A stretch of 64,000 nt of DNA, from NCBI GenBank assembly GCA_028030915.1, contig GCA_028030915.1_4867.1, one strand, 5' to 3'. Shown one piece after another: positions 19,379 to 28,976 of the stretch; positions within the stretch are counted from its first letter, which is position 1, and each line of letters starts with the position of its first letter. This DNA comes from a phage. The notes under the pieces were generated by a model, which saw only the letters and a list, made by a program, of their open reading frames with translations, did no database searches and was not told the DNA's origin. Made by a program: the position numbers and the translations under genes.

Positions 19379-21601
19379 GTGGAAGCAAGACAACTAAAAG
19401 ATTCAGGATGGGTAACCGGCCTGTTTGGCGGTACAACCGCACAACGCGATGAGCGTTTCCTGGGTTTGCGTCGTTACTCTAACGCGATGCTCTCGTTTGA
19501 AGATACCACGATGGGTGGTTCGCAAGCGTTAAATGCGCCGCCGCAGTTTACGATGTTTGCTGATCCGAGTTCAACAGGTGCTTTTGCACAACCTGATGCA
19601 GGTCGTGGCTCGTACTCAAAGTACGTTAAAGGTCAAGACCAACGTGGTTCCTATCGTTTAGGGACTTTCTATTACGAAGCTATTAACCAAAACAGTTTTT
19701 ATCTTCATTGTCGTTTCGGTAAACCTCGATATATCGGGGTCGCTGCATTCTTCGCGAATATGTACGATTCCAACCTAGCGTATCTGGCACGCACAGGTGA
19801 CTACCCAGGTATGTTACGTGCGATGGGGACGTATGTTGCCGCCGCAGCAATATGGGCCGCAGTAGGCACGGTTGCCTTTGCGGTTATTCTGATTACGCCA
19901 CGTATGTTGAAGATGGTGCTGAATAAGCAGACTTCTCGCTACTACTACGTGAAACCGACAATGCACTTGTATCTGCGCGCTGTGCAGAATATGGTCAACA
20001 CCCAGTTAGTTTATCGCCGATTGGTACCAACGGGTGTGTTAGGGACTTTCCAGCTTGCTAACGCTGTAGATGGGTCTGAGAAAGGCGGTACTGCTAATAA
20101 GTACAACGGCGACCGCAAAGAGTGGTACTCCATGCTGCCAGAAATCTGGACAGCTGATGGTGAGTTCGATATCTATCGAATGATTAACCGCTACCAAACA
20201 TTAGCCAACTACCAGGCGAAAACCATCGATAAAATTCGTAAAGAGTCGAGTAACGAAGAGGACATGGCTCGACGTTTGCGAAACTTCTATCTGGAAGCGA
20301 CGTACTCAACAACCCATTTGGAGAAAGCTGCGCAGTACGAGGTTTCTTTACGTAACCTTGAATACGTAGCCAAAGCCGGTAAAGGGTACGATGCCGGTTT
20401 TGAAAACGTCGATAACAAAGAAGACGAACTGGTAGCAGGGATGAACGGAAGCATTCAGGATGCTCAGTCACAAGGAGGTAAAGCTGAAAACTTCGAAAAC
20501 GAAGGTGACGCGCAACGTAAAGAGCTTGCCGAGCGTATGGCACAGGTTGAAAAGAACCAGGCTCAGGTTGCTAAAAGTCAGACCGAAGCAAACTCAATGG
20601 ATGAGAATAATCTCGACATTGGGAAGATTGAAAACTGGATGGACCAAGGCCAGAAAGAATCTGTCGGTAGCGTCTTCAAAGACTATATCGATATTTTAGA
20701 AGGCGCTATGGATGGGTTAACTTCGAACATCGCTTCGGAGATACGCAATGGTTCGCAGTGGATTACTTGGCGTGTTGATGGACGTGATACCGTAGGGCGT
20801 TCGTTCTCCAACACCACCAAAGAACCTGAAATCTCTGGCACGGTTAACTCCGCCACACAGAAAGCACGTTCTTTGGAAGTAAACCTCTCTGGTGGTAAGA
20901 CTGGTTTCGACGCAGTCGATGGTCTCATTACTGGGTTGAAGTCCGCCTTTACAGGCGCACTCGATTTCTTGCATTTATCAGGGATTATGTCGCTGTACAA
21001 CTCGTCAGTGATTGACTTCCCGGAAGTGTGGGACTCCTCAGACACCTCAGGTGACGATATCTCGCTAAGCATTCCCCTTCGCTGTTGGTCGGGTAACGAC
21101 TTAGATGTGTTCCAGGATCTGATTGTCCCTTTGTCGTTCTGGTTAGCGGCAGTTTGCCCGTTAGCAACCGGTAAACAATCGTTTACGCACCCGTTCTATC
21201 TGGAGTGTTATTCTCGTGGTCGTTATTCCATGCGTAATGCCATGGTAACTAACTTGAGTCTCCAGTTTGGTACAGGTGGGTTAGGGTGGCGTGCAGACGG
21301 CCTGCCGTTGTCGTGTGATATTCAGGTAACCATTCGCGACCTGTCACGCGTTATGTACATGCCGATTGTAACTGATATTGGTGTGTTTGATGATGATAAC
21401 AAGTTCAGTGAATTTATGTCTGTGTTGGGTGCTGCCACGCTTTACGAGCGTACCAACGGTATCGCGCAGGCTAAAATCAACGCGTCTATCTGGGCGCAGA
21501 ACTGGGCAAGTGCCTGGTCACAGGGCAGCATCGTCAACGCCGCGTTAGATATCATACCGGCACGACAAATCGCGAACATTTTCCTACCACAAGCGCGATA
21601 G
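19379..21601 (+). CDS. hypothetical protein, probable virion protein (about 740 aa)
   Basis: ORF track 19340-21601; preferred start is GTG 19379 preceded by agagagg SD, because the 19340 start lies inside a hairpin; immediately downstream of giant gene. Confidence 0.65.
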   Translation: MEARQLKDSGWVTGLFGGTTAQRDERFLGLRRYSNAMLSFEDTTMGGSQALNAPPQFTMFADPSSTGAFAQPDAGRGSYSKYVKGQDQRGSYRLGTFYYEAINQNSFYLHCRFGKPRYIGVAAFFANMYDSNLAYLARTGDYPGMLRAMGTYVAAAAIWAAVGTVAFAVILITPRMLKMVLNKQTSRYYYVKPTMHLYLRAVQNMVNTQLVYRRLVPTGVLGTFQLANAVDGSEKGGTANKYNGDRKEWYSMLPEIWTADGEFDIYRMINRYQTLANYQAKTIDKIRKESSNEEDMARRLRNFYLEATYSTTHLEKAAQYEVSLRNLEYVAKAGKGYDAGFENVDNKEDELVAGMNGSIQDAQSQGGKAENFENEGDAQRKELAERMAQVEKNQAQVAKSQTEANSMDENNLDIGKIENWMDQGQKESVGSVFKDYIDILEGAMDGLTSNIASEIRNGSQWITWRVDGRDTVGRSFSNTTKEPEISGTVNSATQKARSLEVNLSGGKTGFDAVDGLITGLKSAFTGALDFLHLSGIMSLYNSSVIDFPEVWDSSDTSGDDISLSIPLRCWSGNDLDVFQDLIVPLSFWLAAVCPLATGKQSFTHPFYLECYSRGRYSMRNAMVTNLSLQFGTGGLGWRADGLPLSCDIQVTIRDLSRVMYMPIVTDIGVFDDDNKFSEFMSVLGAATLYERTNGIAQAKINASIWAQNWASAWSQGSIVNAALDIIPARQIANIFLPQAR

Positions 21602-21623
21602 TACACCACAGAGGTAGCGCATT

Positions 21624-22175
21624 ATGAGTTTATTTGGAAAGACCGCAAAAGAGTTGGTTTACGATCTTATCGTGTCCCAGAATCCCGGACTGACTGGTAA
21701 GGGCGTGACCATCGATAAATTGTCGTTCGGTAACCCGTCGCACATCACCGCAGCCGATCCTGACCCAGAACAGTACACCAGACTGAACACCAGTCTCGAT
21801 GTTTCTGGTATCGTTGAGAAAGGTACGTTTGGTAAGATGGGTCTTACTTACCGTCGACTGGACGTAGCCCACCTGTTTGAAAACGTGGTGCTGTCTGTGG
21901 ACGGTAGTAGCGCCAATACAGCCGCCGACCTCGTTCCGTTGTTACAGGCCAAGTACAATTGGTTGATTGATGCGAGCGAGATTTATGCGACGGAGTCAAT
22001 GACGTCTTCCACGAAACACAATTTGCGTTTCAATGGAAAGTCACTGGCGTGGACGGGTACGGTTGAAGTTTATTTGACCGAAGTTCCGAGCGATGGTGTC
22101 GATATCAGTAAACTGATCACCGTTACTGAGTTGAACGGTCTGGTTTATGACATCTCCGACATGACTCAAGCGTAA
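21624..22175 (+). CDS. hypothetical protein (183 aa)
   Basis: ORF track; SD gaggt upstream; followed by bidirectional terminator. Confidence 0.6.
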   Translation: MSLFGKTAKELVYDLIVSQNPGLTGKGVTIDKLSFGNPSHITAADPDPEQYTRLNTSLDVSGIVEKGTFGKMGLTYRRLDVAHLFENVVLSVDGSSANTAADLVPLLQAKYNWLIDASEIYATESMTSSTKHNLRFNGKSLAWTGTVEVYLTEVPSDGVDISKLITVTELNGLVYDISDMTQA

Positions 22176-22176
22176 C

Positions 22177-22232
22177 AAAAAAATAAGTAACGCGAGTACC
22201 CCTAACGGGGTACTCGTTTGCTTTTATTTTTA
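22177..22232. terminator. bidirectional intrinsic terminator between convergent genes
   Basis: caaaaaaataagtaa cgcgagtacccc taac ggggtactcg tttgcttttatttt: 10-bp stem flanked by A-tract on one side and T-tract on the other. Confidence 0.65.
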
Positions 22233-22667
22233 GCGTTCGATAATCACTTTCACGATGTCTTTTACCGGAGGGTAATACCACAGTACCACGCTGTTTCGTC
22301 CCAAGTCTTTTGGGAACGTTTGACAGTATGCAATGTCGGTGCCGAAGCGCTCAGAGAGCTTTAGAACGTTCTCTGGGAACTGACAACCACCACGCCAGTC
22401 ATGCGTATAGAGTACCTGCTGTAATAACTTCACATTAGCATCGAAGAAGTACAGATTTTCTACCGGCGCAATGTGAGGTACCGGAATAGGTGTGTCGGTA
22501 AGTACGAACTCCAAACCACCGTATTGTTCTGAACGCTCCGCTAGGAGTTTCAGATGCCACGGCATTAGACCGTGGTCTTCCCAGACGATATTGTTGACCA
22601 GTAAACGATCAACGTATTCGTCGTAATCAACCGTGAACAGTTTCTTCGCCATCGGTAAACGCCTCAT
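22230..22667 (-). CDS. hypothetical protein (145 aa)
   Basis: ORF track; true start may be internal Met (MAKKLF). Confidence 0.5.
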   Translation of the reverse strand: MRRLPMAKKLFTVDYDEYVDRLLVNNIVWEDHGLMPWHLKLLAERSEQYGGLEFVLTDTPIPVPHIAPVENLYFFDANVKLLQQVLYTHDWRGGCQFPENVLKLSERFGTDIAYCQTFPKDLGRNSVVLWYYPPVKDIVKVIIER

Positions 22668-23583
22668 CTTTTACAGTAAGGGAACCGTTTACTTCGATTT
22701 CAGCAGCGGTCATGTCTGCTTCTTTAACGAAGATACCGTCCGCATTCAGGAAACCCTTACGGTCTTTGATTTCATCCCAAGCCAGTGAGAAGCACTGTTC
22801 CAGGGTAATGTTGTACGCTCGCGCCAGTGCTTCCATGTAATAGAGTGCCACGGTCATCTGCTCTTCGTATTCGATAATCAGATCGTCGTCACTCTCGGTA
22901 AAACGATAAGTGCCCTGGTGCTGGTTACGACGATCGGCCCCTTGATAGACAATGTCGTGCATCAACGTGAAGGCCAATCGCATTTTGTGGAACAAGCGAT
23001 GGGCATCGCCAAATGGAACGTTCTTTTCGAGACGTGCGCGCCCACGGGACAGCATGACAGAAACCAACTTGGATGGCATACCTACCAAGGCGTTGACGTT
23101 AACCAGTACCACCATTGCATCGCCTAGGCCGTCCATGATAAGACGTTCTTTGGTTTTGCTGATGCCGGTTGCTGCTTCACCGTCTTCTTCGTAGAGTTTG
23201 GTGGCTTGGCTATACCAGACGCCGTTATCCAGAATACCACGCGCTTTAGACCAACCCATAACGTTAGTAATACATTGTGGGATGGTGTACAAAGGTACGT
23301 AACGCGGGCGATCAACCGTACCACGATACTCGACACCTTCCAACGTCCATGGCATTTCGAAATCATTTATTTCCAAACGCTGGTCGCCTGTGAAGACTTT
23401 ACCTTCGACGTAAGTGTGACCGGTTTCACTGTTCACGCACAGGGTGTACAGTTTCTCAAAGGACCACGGTTTAACAAACTGACGTTGGCAGAATCCAGCC
23501 AGAAGCTCATTAATCTGTGCCAGGTACTGGTTAGGTTCAACAATAACGTTATACGGAATCTGGATAATGAAACGTTCGCCCAT
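22627..23583 (-). CDS. hypothetical protein (318 aa)
   Basis: ORF track; long ORF; SD aggag upstream of start. Confidence 0.6.
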   Translation of the reverse strand: MGERFIIQIPYNVIVEPNQYLAQINELLAGFCQRQFVKPWSFEKLYTLCVNSETGHTYVEGKVFTGDQRLEINDFEMPWTLEGVEYRGTVDRPRYVPLYTIPQCITNVMGWSKARGILDNGVWYSQATKLYEEDGEAATGISKTKERLIMDGLGDAMVVLVNVNALVGMPSKLVSVMLSRGRARLEKNVPFGDAHRLFHKMRLAFTLMHDIVYQGADRRNQHQGTYRFTESDDDLIIEYEEQMTVALYYMEALARAYNITLEQCFSLAWDEIKDRKGFLNADGIFVKEADMTAAEIEVNGSLTVKDEAFTDGEETVHG

Positions 23584-23600
23584 TTTGATAGCTCCTTAAA

Positions 23601-23636
23601 CAAAAAAATAAGTAGGGTGTCCATATGGACACCCTA
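23601..23636 (-). terminator. intrinsic terminator
   Basis: caaaaaaataagt agggtgtcc ata ggacaccct: perfect 9-bp stem, U-tract on minus strand. Confidence 0.6.
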
Positions 23637-23645
23637 ATACGTATT

Positions 23646-23834
23646 TTAAATCTTGCACGCACCACCGGTGCAGTTGTCGTCGTCTTTCGACGGGTCAACG
23701 CCACCTTCCACACCTGCGTCCGGGTCAAGTCCAGGGATAACCATCTCGTCATCCGGAGACATGTTTACATCCGCACCTAACCCATCACGATACATGAACG
23801 TTGTGGCTTGCCCACGACCGAGTTCTCCAGCCAT
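23646..23834 (-). CDS. small hypothetical protein (62 aa)
   Basis: ORF track; fills gap between genes and is followed by a hairpin terminator; acidic Gly/Asp-rich. Confidence 0.3.
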   Translation of the reverse strand: MAGELGRGQATTFMYRDGLGADVNMSPDDEMVIPGLDPDAGVEGGVDPSKDDDNCTGGACKI

Positions 23835-23846
23835 ATTTTCCTCTAC

Positions 23847-24326
23847 TTAATTAATCAGGTGTATCACAACGTCTGGCGTTACTACGTCGACCAGACTGCG
23901 ATAGATTTTATCGTAACTGAACTTGTTGAAGAAGAAACCCGCTTCGTCGACAATAACCAAACCGAATTTCTCGTAGCCTGATACACCAGCACCCGTCGCG
24001 CGTTTCCAACCCTCAGGCAAGTAGTTACAGTGTACGGTCAACCAACCGTTCCCGGCGGCCTTTTCATGGAACTTCTCCACTACTTCGTTTCGTAACGATT
24101 CATTGTGGACCAGATACAGAACGCTGCCGTGGAACTTTGCTGACATATCAACGGCGTGTGTTGTAACGCCCTTCTGACGACCGGCACCATAACGGATGGT
24201 ACGGAACTCACTCAGTGCAATGTGTGGCAGGAAGCCACAGCTGCGGGCTTCACCGGAGTCCAGTTCGATAAGACCTTTGGACAGTTCTTTTACTACGGCA
24301 CGATAATCGATCCGAGTTATAGACAT
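23847..24326 (-). CDS. hypothetical protein (159 aa)
   Basis: ORF track. Confidence 0.55.
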   Translation of the reverse strand: MSITRIDYRAVVKELSKGLIELDSGEARSCGFLPHIALSEFRTIRYGAGRQKGVTTHAVDMSAKFHGSVLYLVHNESLRNEVVEKFHEKAAGNGWLTVHCNYLPEGWKRATGAGVSGYEKFGLVIVDEAGFFFNKFSYDKIYRSLVDVVTPDVVIHLIN

Positions 24327-24337
24327 CTGTTTTCACC

Positions 24338-25105
24338 TTATTTGTAGTTAACCATATACGGCGCGCCCTGCTTAGTAAAGCCAACCGTCAGCTTGCTCGC
24401 CTCTTCTTTTACCCATGCGGGTAATTCTTCACGGAAAGCCGGGTTCAGGAACCAAATCTGCTCATAGCGCCCGTCAATCTTTTCAACAACACGTTCCCAA
24501 CCTTCGACGTACGTCAACGAGAACCATTTAGAACGCGCCTGGCGTGCCCAGTAGTGGTATTCGATGGTTCGACCGACGTGAGTCAAGACATCAATCAGAA
24601 CTTGGTAGAAGCTCGGCTTTCCGATGACATGGGTATACTCGAAGATAACAGACTCTTCGCCAGGGACGAAGTTATCTTCAAAATTCTTCTCCCCTGTTAA
24701 CGGTACCATTATCGTGTCGTTGTTGATACACAGCAACCAGTGCTTATTCGAAAATATCGGCGTATCGCCTGAGAAACGAGCCCAGCGATAATTTTCAATC
24801 GCGACGCCAATCTGTGGCCGTAGTGTATCGACCACTTTCGCTATCGCTGCAGGGTCTATCGGCTCATAAACCAGACAAATCGCTTGCGCTTGCTCTCTTT
24901 CCTGCTCAGGTTCCGCAGGTCGTGGTCGCCGCCCCAGCATCAGAATCCCACTAAGATTAGTTTCCCCAATCTCAATGATTTCTATTTCGCTAGTGGGAAG
25001 CTGCCGTTTAGCGTCTTCCATGTCGACGGCCCCTAATAACCCGTATTCGTAGTCGTCGAATTCCACTGTGTAGAATTCATCGGAGAACGCAAAGAGTTTC
25101 ATCAT
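24338..25105 (-). CDS. hypothetical protein (255 aa)
   Basis: ORF track. Confidence 0.6.
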   Translation of the reverse strand: MMKLFAFSDEFYTVEFDDYEYGLLGAVDMEDAKRQLPTSEIEIIEIGETNLSGILMLGRRPRPAEPEQEREQAQAICLVYEPIDPAAIAKVVDTLRPQIGVAIENYRWARFSGDTPIFSNKHWLLCINNDTIMVPLTGEKNFEDNFVPGEESVIFEYTHVIGKPSFYQVLIDVLTHVGRTIEYHYWARQARSKWFSLTYVEGWERVVEKIDGRYEQIWFLNPAFREELPAWVKEEASKLTVGFTKQGAPYMVNYK

Positions 25106-25106
25106 C

Positions 25107-25370
25107 TTATTTCTCCATTGTTTTAAAGAGAACGTCTACGCTGTTACGGAGCATATTCAGTTCTTCTTCTTTCTTACGCAGCAGCATTTCAGGAGCGTTC
25201 TTTGCAAACTCCTTCAATGCCATTTGGACGACATGCGAATCGGTTTCGTCCGGGAACAGGGCCTTTAATGCAACCCATTCTTCCGCCGTGAAAACATCGC
25301 CTTTGCGAACATTACGCTGTTGTGGTAGTCGAATTGTTTTACTGAGTCGGTCAGTCATAGCTCCACCCAA
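25107..25370 (-). CDS. hypothetical protein (87 aa)
   Basis: ORF track; tight spacing. Confidence 0.45.
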   Translation of the reverse strand: MGGAMTDRLSKTIRLPQQRNVRKGDVFTAEEWVALKALFPDETDSHVVQMALKEFAKNAPEMLLRKKEEELNMLRNSVDVLFKTMEK

Positions 25371-25891
25371 ATCAGTTTAAAGGTATTACCTTCTAAGCCG
25401 GTCGGATGGATAATCATCGCTTCGGTATAGATAGGCTCTTCTTCTGCAATGCGGTGCTCAGTTGCCAAACCCGAAAGATGCATGTAGAGGTCTTCATCCA
25501 TATCCCCGTTAAAAGATGAGGTCAGGATGAAAGGTGTGGATTCTGCGATTTGCAAAAGCGTTTCTTTGCTAATCTGCATCTCCATTGTCCGACGTCGTTC
25601 CATCCAACTGCCTTGTTCGTGGATATACGGGTCGGTATTAATGCGAACGACAGGTTCCGTAGACACACCCAGACCACGCGACATCATCTGGATGGCCAGA
25701 AGCGTCCACCATTCTTGTTCAGCTATCGGGAAACCGATAGCTTTCATCGTCCCGTCCGGTTGTGGAACGTGCAATTGTCCACGATGTTCGTCTGGAAACT
25801 CGATGATCTTCTGTCCATTGACAGGAATAAACGGCGGTTCGTCCGTAGCAACCACCACTTTAGGTTTGAATGGAACGACGTTGTCAACCAT
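25355..25891 (-). CDS. hypothetical protein (178 aa)
   Basis: ORF track. Confidence 0.55.
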   Translation of the reverse strand: MVDNVVPFKPKVVVATDEPPFIPVNGQKIIEFPDEHRGQLHVPQPDGTMKAIGFPIAEQEWWTLLAIQMMSRGLGVSTEPVVRINTDPYIHEQGSWMERRRTMEMQISKETLLQIAESTPFILTSSFNGDMDEDLYMHLSGLATEHRIAEEEPIYTEAMIIHPTGLEGNTFKLIWVEL

Positions 25892-25903
25892 AAACGCTCC
25901 TAA

Positions 25904-26200
25904 TTAGATAGCGACAGGCGCAGAGATTTTTTCATGAGACTGATACCCAACGATCTCAAAATCTTCGAATTTATAATCGAAGATAGATTCCGGTTTACGC
26001 TTGATGATCAGTTTCGGTAAAGGTAACGGCTCACGCGTCAGCTGCAGCTTGGCCTGCTCCAGATGATTAGAGTAGAGATGTGTGTCACCGCCCGTCCAAA
26101 TGAAATCACCCGGCACCATGTTAACCTGCTGGGCAACCATGTGCACGAGTAATGCGTAAGACGCGATGTTGAACGGCACGCCGAGGAAAAAATCCGCACT
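25904..26200 (-). CDS. thyA: thymidylate synthase, exon 2 (C-terminal 98 aa)
   Basis: Translation [25 protein letters not shown]...[16 protein letters not shown]...[41 protein letters not shown] matches the conserved ThyA C-terminus; no ATG, so it must be joined to exon 1 by splicing. Confidence 0.8.
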   Translation of the reverse strand, partial: SADFFLGVPFNIASYALLVHMVAQQVNMVPGDFIWTGGDTHLYSNHLEQAKLQLTREPLPLPKLIIKRKPESIFDYKFEDFEIVGYQSHEKISAPVAI

Positions 26201-27294
26201 CAAAACGTTCAGATGTGGTCGTTAATCACATCCCGCGCCATTACGCGCAGCTGCATGTCGCCATGCAGATCAGACTATATCACCATCTGCGAAACTGCTG
26301 CGCAGATGCTCTCCCATTTCGAGGACACTTGTCCCCTACGAACAATCACGTTCTAGTCGTTGGGCATTTATCTAACCACTGCCATGCGGTGTACTTTGGA
26401 TTTTCACTATTAATTCGCCAAAGCACGACAGAAGGGCTTTTACCAAGTTTCCTTCCTGCGTCAGTGATACTCTCGTACACTACGTCGTCGATTAATACTG
26501 GCCGGATATTAGGCGGTTTGTTACCGAGCTTTTTCTCCGCTATGCGCTTGCGAGTTTCCTCGCTGTGGGTTTTGCCAAAGAACGAATTCTTCTCTCCCAC
26601 ACGCCCTGCGGCATGGAGAGAGATTTTCCTACGATGCTCGTCACTAAACTTCCGCCCCAAATGAGGGCTGTCATTAGTGAGATACCACTCGGTGACTTTA
26701 CGCCTGATTTTCTCACGCGCTTCGTCCGAATGTGTTTTACCAAACATCCCATTCATTTTACCAATCCTGCCGTAAACCTTTTTACGTTCAGATGGCGACA
26801 TCGAGTCATATCGTTCGCGAAGCGTTGCTGTTATTTTCGCGATTATTTCATCTCGTCTTGGATGGTTGGTAATACAGTCGTAATAATTCTCAATGTTGAC
26901 GAAAGATTGATCTAAAGCAATCTGTTCTTGTTCTCTCGCACGTGCTTCTGCTTTAGAGGCACAACGAATTAACGTAGGATTGCCATCGAATACAAATCCT
27001 TCATCCCATGCTTTTTGCAGGAACCAGTTATGGTGCTTACCTTGACGCAACTCTTTCAGGTGGCGTTTTAGCCGCTTTTTGAATTGCGTGGTTTCACCAA
27101 TGTATCGACGCTTCTCATCACCTTTTACAAAGGTGAGAATGTACAATATTGCCATGATGTTGTCCTCTTAAATCAGATTAAAAGGTACACCTAGCAATGG
27201 TTAGAATTTAGCAACGGGTTCTCTCCGTAGAGTGCTTCCCGTTTTAGGGAGTGTTTTTCGACTAGGGTCGCCCCTAGAAGGCGCAGCTTAGTTT
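26201..27294 (-). mobile_element. group I intron (T4 td-like) interrupting thymidylate synthase, carrying a homing endonuclease gene
   Basis: 1094 nt between ThyA exons; exon 1 ends with U (cag cgt), intron ends with G (gttttg), and joining restores ...[17 protein letters not shown]. The 5' part contains aaacgggaagcactctacggagagaacccgttgctaaatt, very close to the T4 td intron core; the 3' part contains gatatagtc (P7-like). Confidence 0.8.
26346..27155 (-). CDS. GIY-YIG homing endonuclease (I-TevI-like), intron-encoded
   Basis: 269 aa; N-terminus ILYILTF...RYIGETTQFKKRLKRHLKELRQGKHH aligns with I-TevI GIYQI...VYVGSAKDFEKRWKRHFKDLEKGCH; C-terminal repeated NUMOD-like motifs (MNGMFGKTHSDEAREKI, NSFFGKTHSEETRKRI); SD aagagga before ATG 27155. 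Confidence 0.85.
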   Translation of the reverse strand: MAILYILTFVKGDEKRRYIGETTQFKKRLKRHLKELRQGKHHNWFLQKAWDEGFVFDGNPTLIRCASKAEARAREQEQIALDQSFVNIENYYDCITNHPRRDEIIAKITATLRERYDSMSPSERKKVYGRIGKMNGMFGKTHSDEAREKIRRKVTEWYLTNDSPHLGRKFSDEHRRKISLHAAGRVGEKNSFFGKTHSEETRKRIAEKKLGNKPPNIRPVLIDDVVYESITDAGRKLGKSPSVVLWRINSENPKYTAWQWLDKCPTTRT

Positions 27295-28035
27295 ACGCTG
27301 ATAGAGCTGACATGAAAGAATGCGGCGAGGTATTTCAAGTGCGTCCATCTCAACGTGGAACACTGCGTCGTCTGCAACAGCTTCATTACTAAAGCGGGAA
27401 TCGTTAAATTGATCTGGAAGGTTCTTTTCAAACCAATCAAGACGCTCGTCGATAGACAGCTCACGAGTGTAGAACTGAAAGAACGCATGACACGGCGCTA
27501 ACGCCATTTGATCCAACTCACCCACATTCCATGCGCTGACAATAATACGGCGACTGTCAGGATCGTTACGCAGTTGGTCAATCACCTTAGAGATTTGGTC
27601 GTGTAGTTTCAGAAGTACACGCGCATCGAACATTTGTGAACCGTCGTCCGCGTCGCCATAATCCACGTATCCTGCATCTTGCAGTTTCTCGAGTAAAGCT
27701 GCATTTTTCTTAGGCACCAGTTTCACATCTTTCCAACGTCTCCATTGTGCACCATAGATTTCACCTAGGTCACCGTTCTCATCTTGCCACTCACGCCAGA
27801 TTGTGACCCCGTTATCTTCCAGATATTTGGTGTTGGTATCGCCACTAAGGAACCACAGCAGTTCGTGAATAATAGAACGCAGGTGGAGTTTTTTAGTCGT
27901 GACTAACGGGAAACCTTTGCGCAAATCAAAACGCATTTGGCGACCAAAGACGGAGAGCGTCCCTGTCCCAGTACGATCGCCCTTAACATGACCCTCGTCC
28001 AGAATGTTCTGCATCATCTCAAGATACTGTTTCAC
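27295..28035 (-). CDS. thyA: thymidylate synthase, exon 1 (N-terminal 247 aa)
   Basis: GTG start 28035 with aaggaaa SD; [16 protein letters not shown]...DRTGTGT...[24 protein letters not shown]...[31 protein letters not shown]...SCQLYQR matches ThyA; the frame then runs 6 codons into the intron to a stop at 27274. Confidence 0.85.
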
Positions 28036-28037
28036 AA

Positions 28038-28976
28038 TTATTTTCCTTTCAATAAATTCAAAATGTCTCTTAAATCGTCGTTCGCACATATGTTTACAGC
28101 GTTACCATCGAACTTAACATCAACGCGAGGGTTACGATTGAACAACATTTGTTTTCTTACTATCCACGGTTCAAAGTGCGCCTTGAGAAGCTCTTGCAGC
28201 TTTTCGTTCATAATGTCCTCCATCCGCAGCAATAGCTGCGGCATGGCGACTTCACCGTTATGCTCGGTTTGTAAATCATTCGATGTGGCCAAAAGACAAT
28301 TTACAATAATGTCGTGAACTGACTCGTTGGTTTTGTACACCGTCTGATAGGTTTGTTTCGCCAAATCGTCGTCGGATAACGGCAACGATGCTTTGAGCAG
28401 TTCGCCGAGCGTGCTTTTCGTTTCAGGCGTTTTAACGAGCTTACGATGGCCATTAAAAACAACACGGTCAAACTCCAGCCCGCAACGACACGCCAACAAT
28501 TGATACTGTCTCATCAACTTACGAAGCAGCGCGCTATAACTCTTAGGGTCAGGTTCTGGTTCACGCAAAACAACACTAACGGTCTCGACTGCAATTAACA
28601 TGAGCTGCTGCAGTTGTCCTTCTTTCGTGCCAGTTGTAGTACGAAGAGACACCGCATCACTCAACGGAACGACAATATCACCGAGGTTAGAATGTGGACC
28701 GAGGTGTAGCAGCGCGGCAAATGTCCAAATCGATTCACCGATACCGGCAGCCACCTTTAAGTTATCCAGTTCATCGACACCTGCTGAGATCCTGCCGAGT
28801 GTGACGTAATACTTTACCAACTGACGCTCAGTCGCTTTCTGTTGGTAGATATCCGTCTTGCGAAACCACTCTTCGACCGCTTGAACTTGCTGAATGATAC
28901 TAAACACAGGCTTCCTCCTCCTGATACGCGTAGCAGATTGCAAAGTTAAGCTGGCCGGTTGCGCGAGAAACGACAA
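28038..28976 (-). CDS. hypothetical protein (up to 312 aa)
   Basis: ORF track; overlaps upstream ORF by 77 nt, so the true start is probably internal. Confidence 0.5.
   Translation of the reverse strand: MSFLAQPASLTLQSATRIRRRKPVFSIIQQVQAVEEWFRKTDIYQQKATERQLVKYYVTLGRISAGVDELDNLKVAAGIGESIWTFAALLHLGPHSNLGDIVVPLSDAVSLRTTTGTKEGQLQQLMLIAVETVSVVLREPEPDPKSYSALLRKLMRQYQLLACRCGLEFDRVVFNGHRKLVKTPETKSTLGELLKASLPLSDDDLAKQTYQTVYKTNESVHDIIVNCLLATSNDLQTEHNGEVAMPQLLLRMEDIMNEKLQELLKAHFEPWIVRKQMLFNRNPRVDVKFDGNAVNICANDDLRDILNLLKGK

Noticed and set aside
27295-27450. Second ThyA insertion as a possible intein
   Set aside because: No intein-like terminal residues or endonuclease motifs; only about 45 residues long and in frame; treated as an ordinary insertion.
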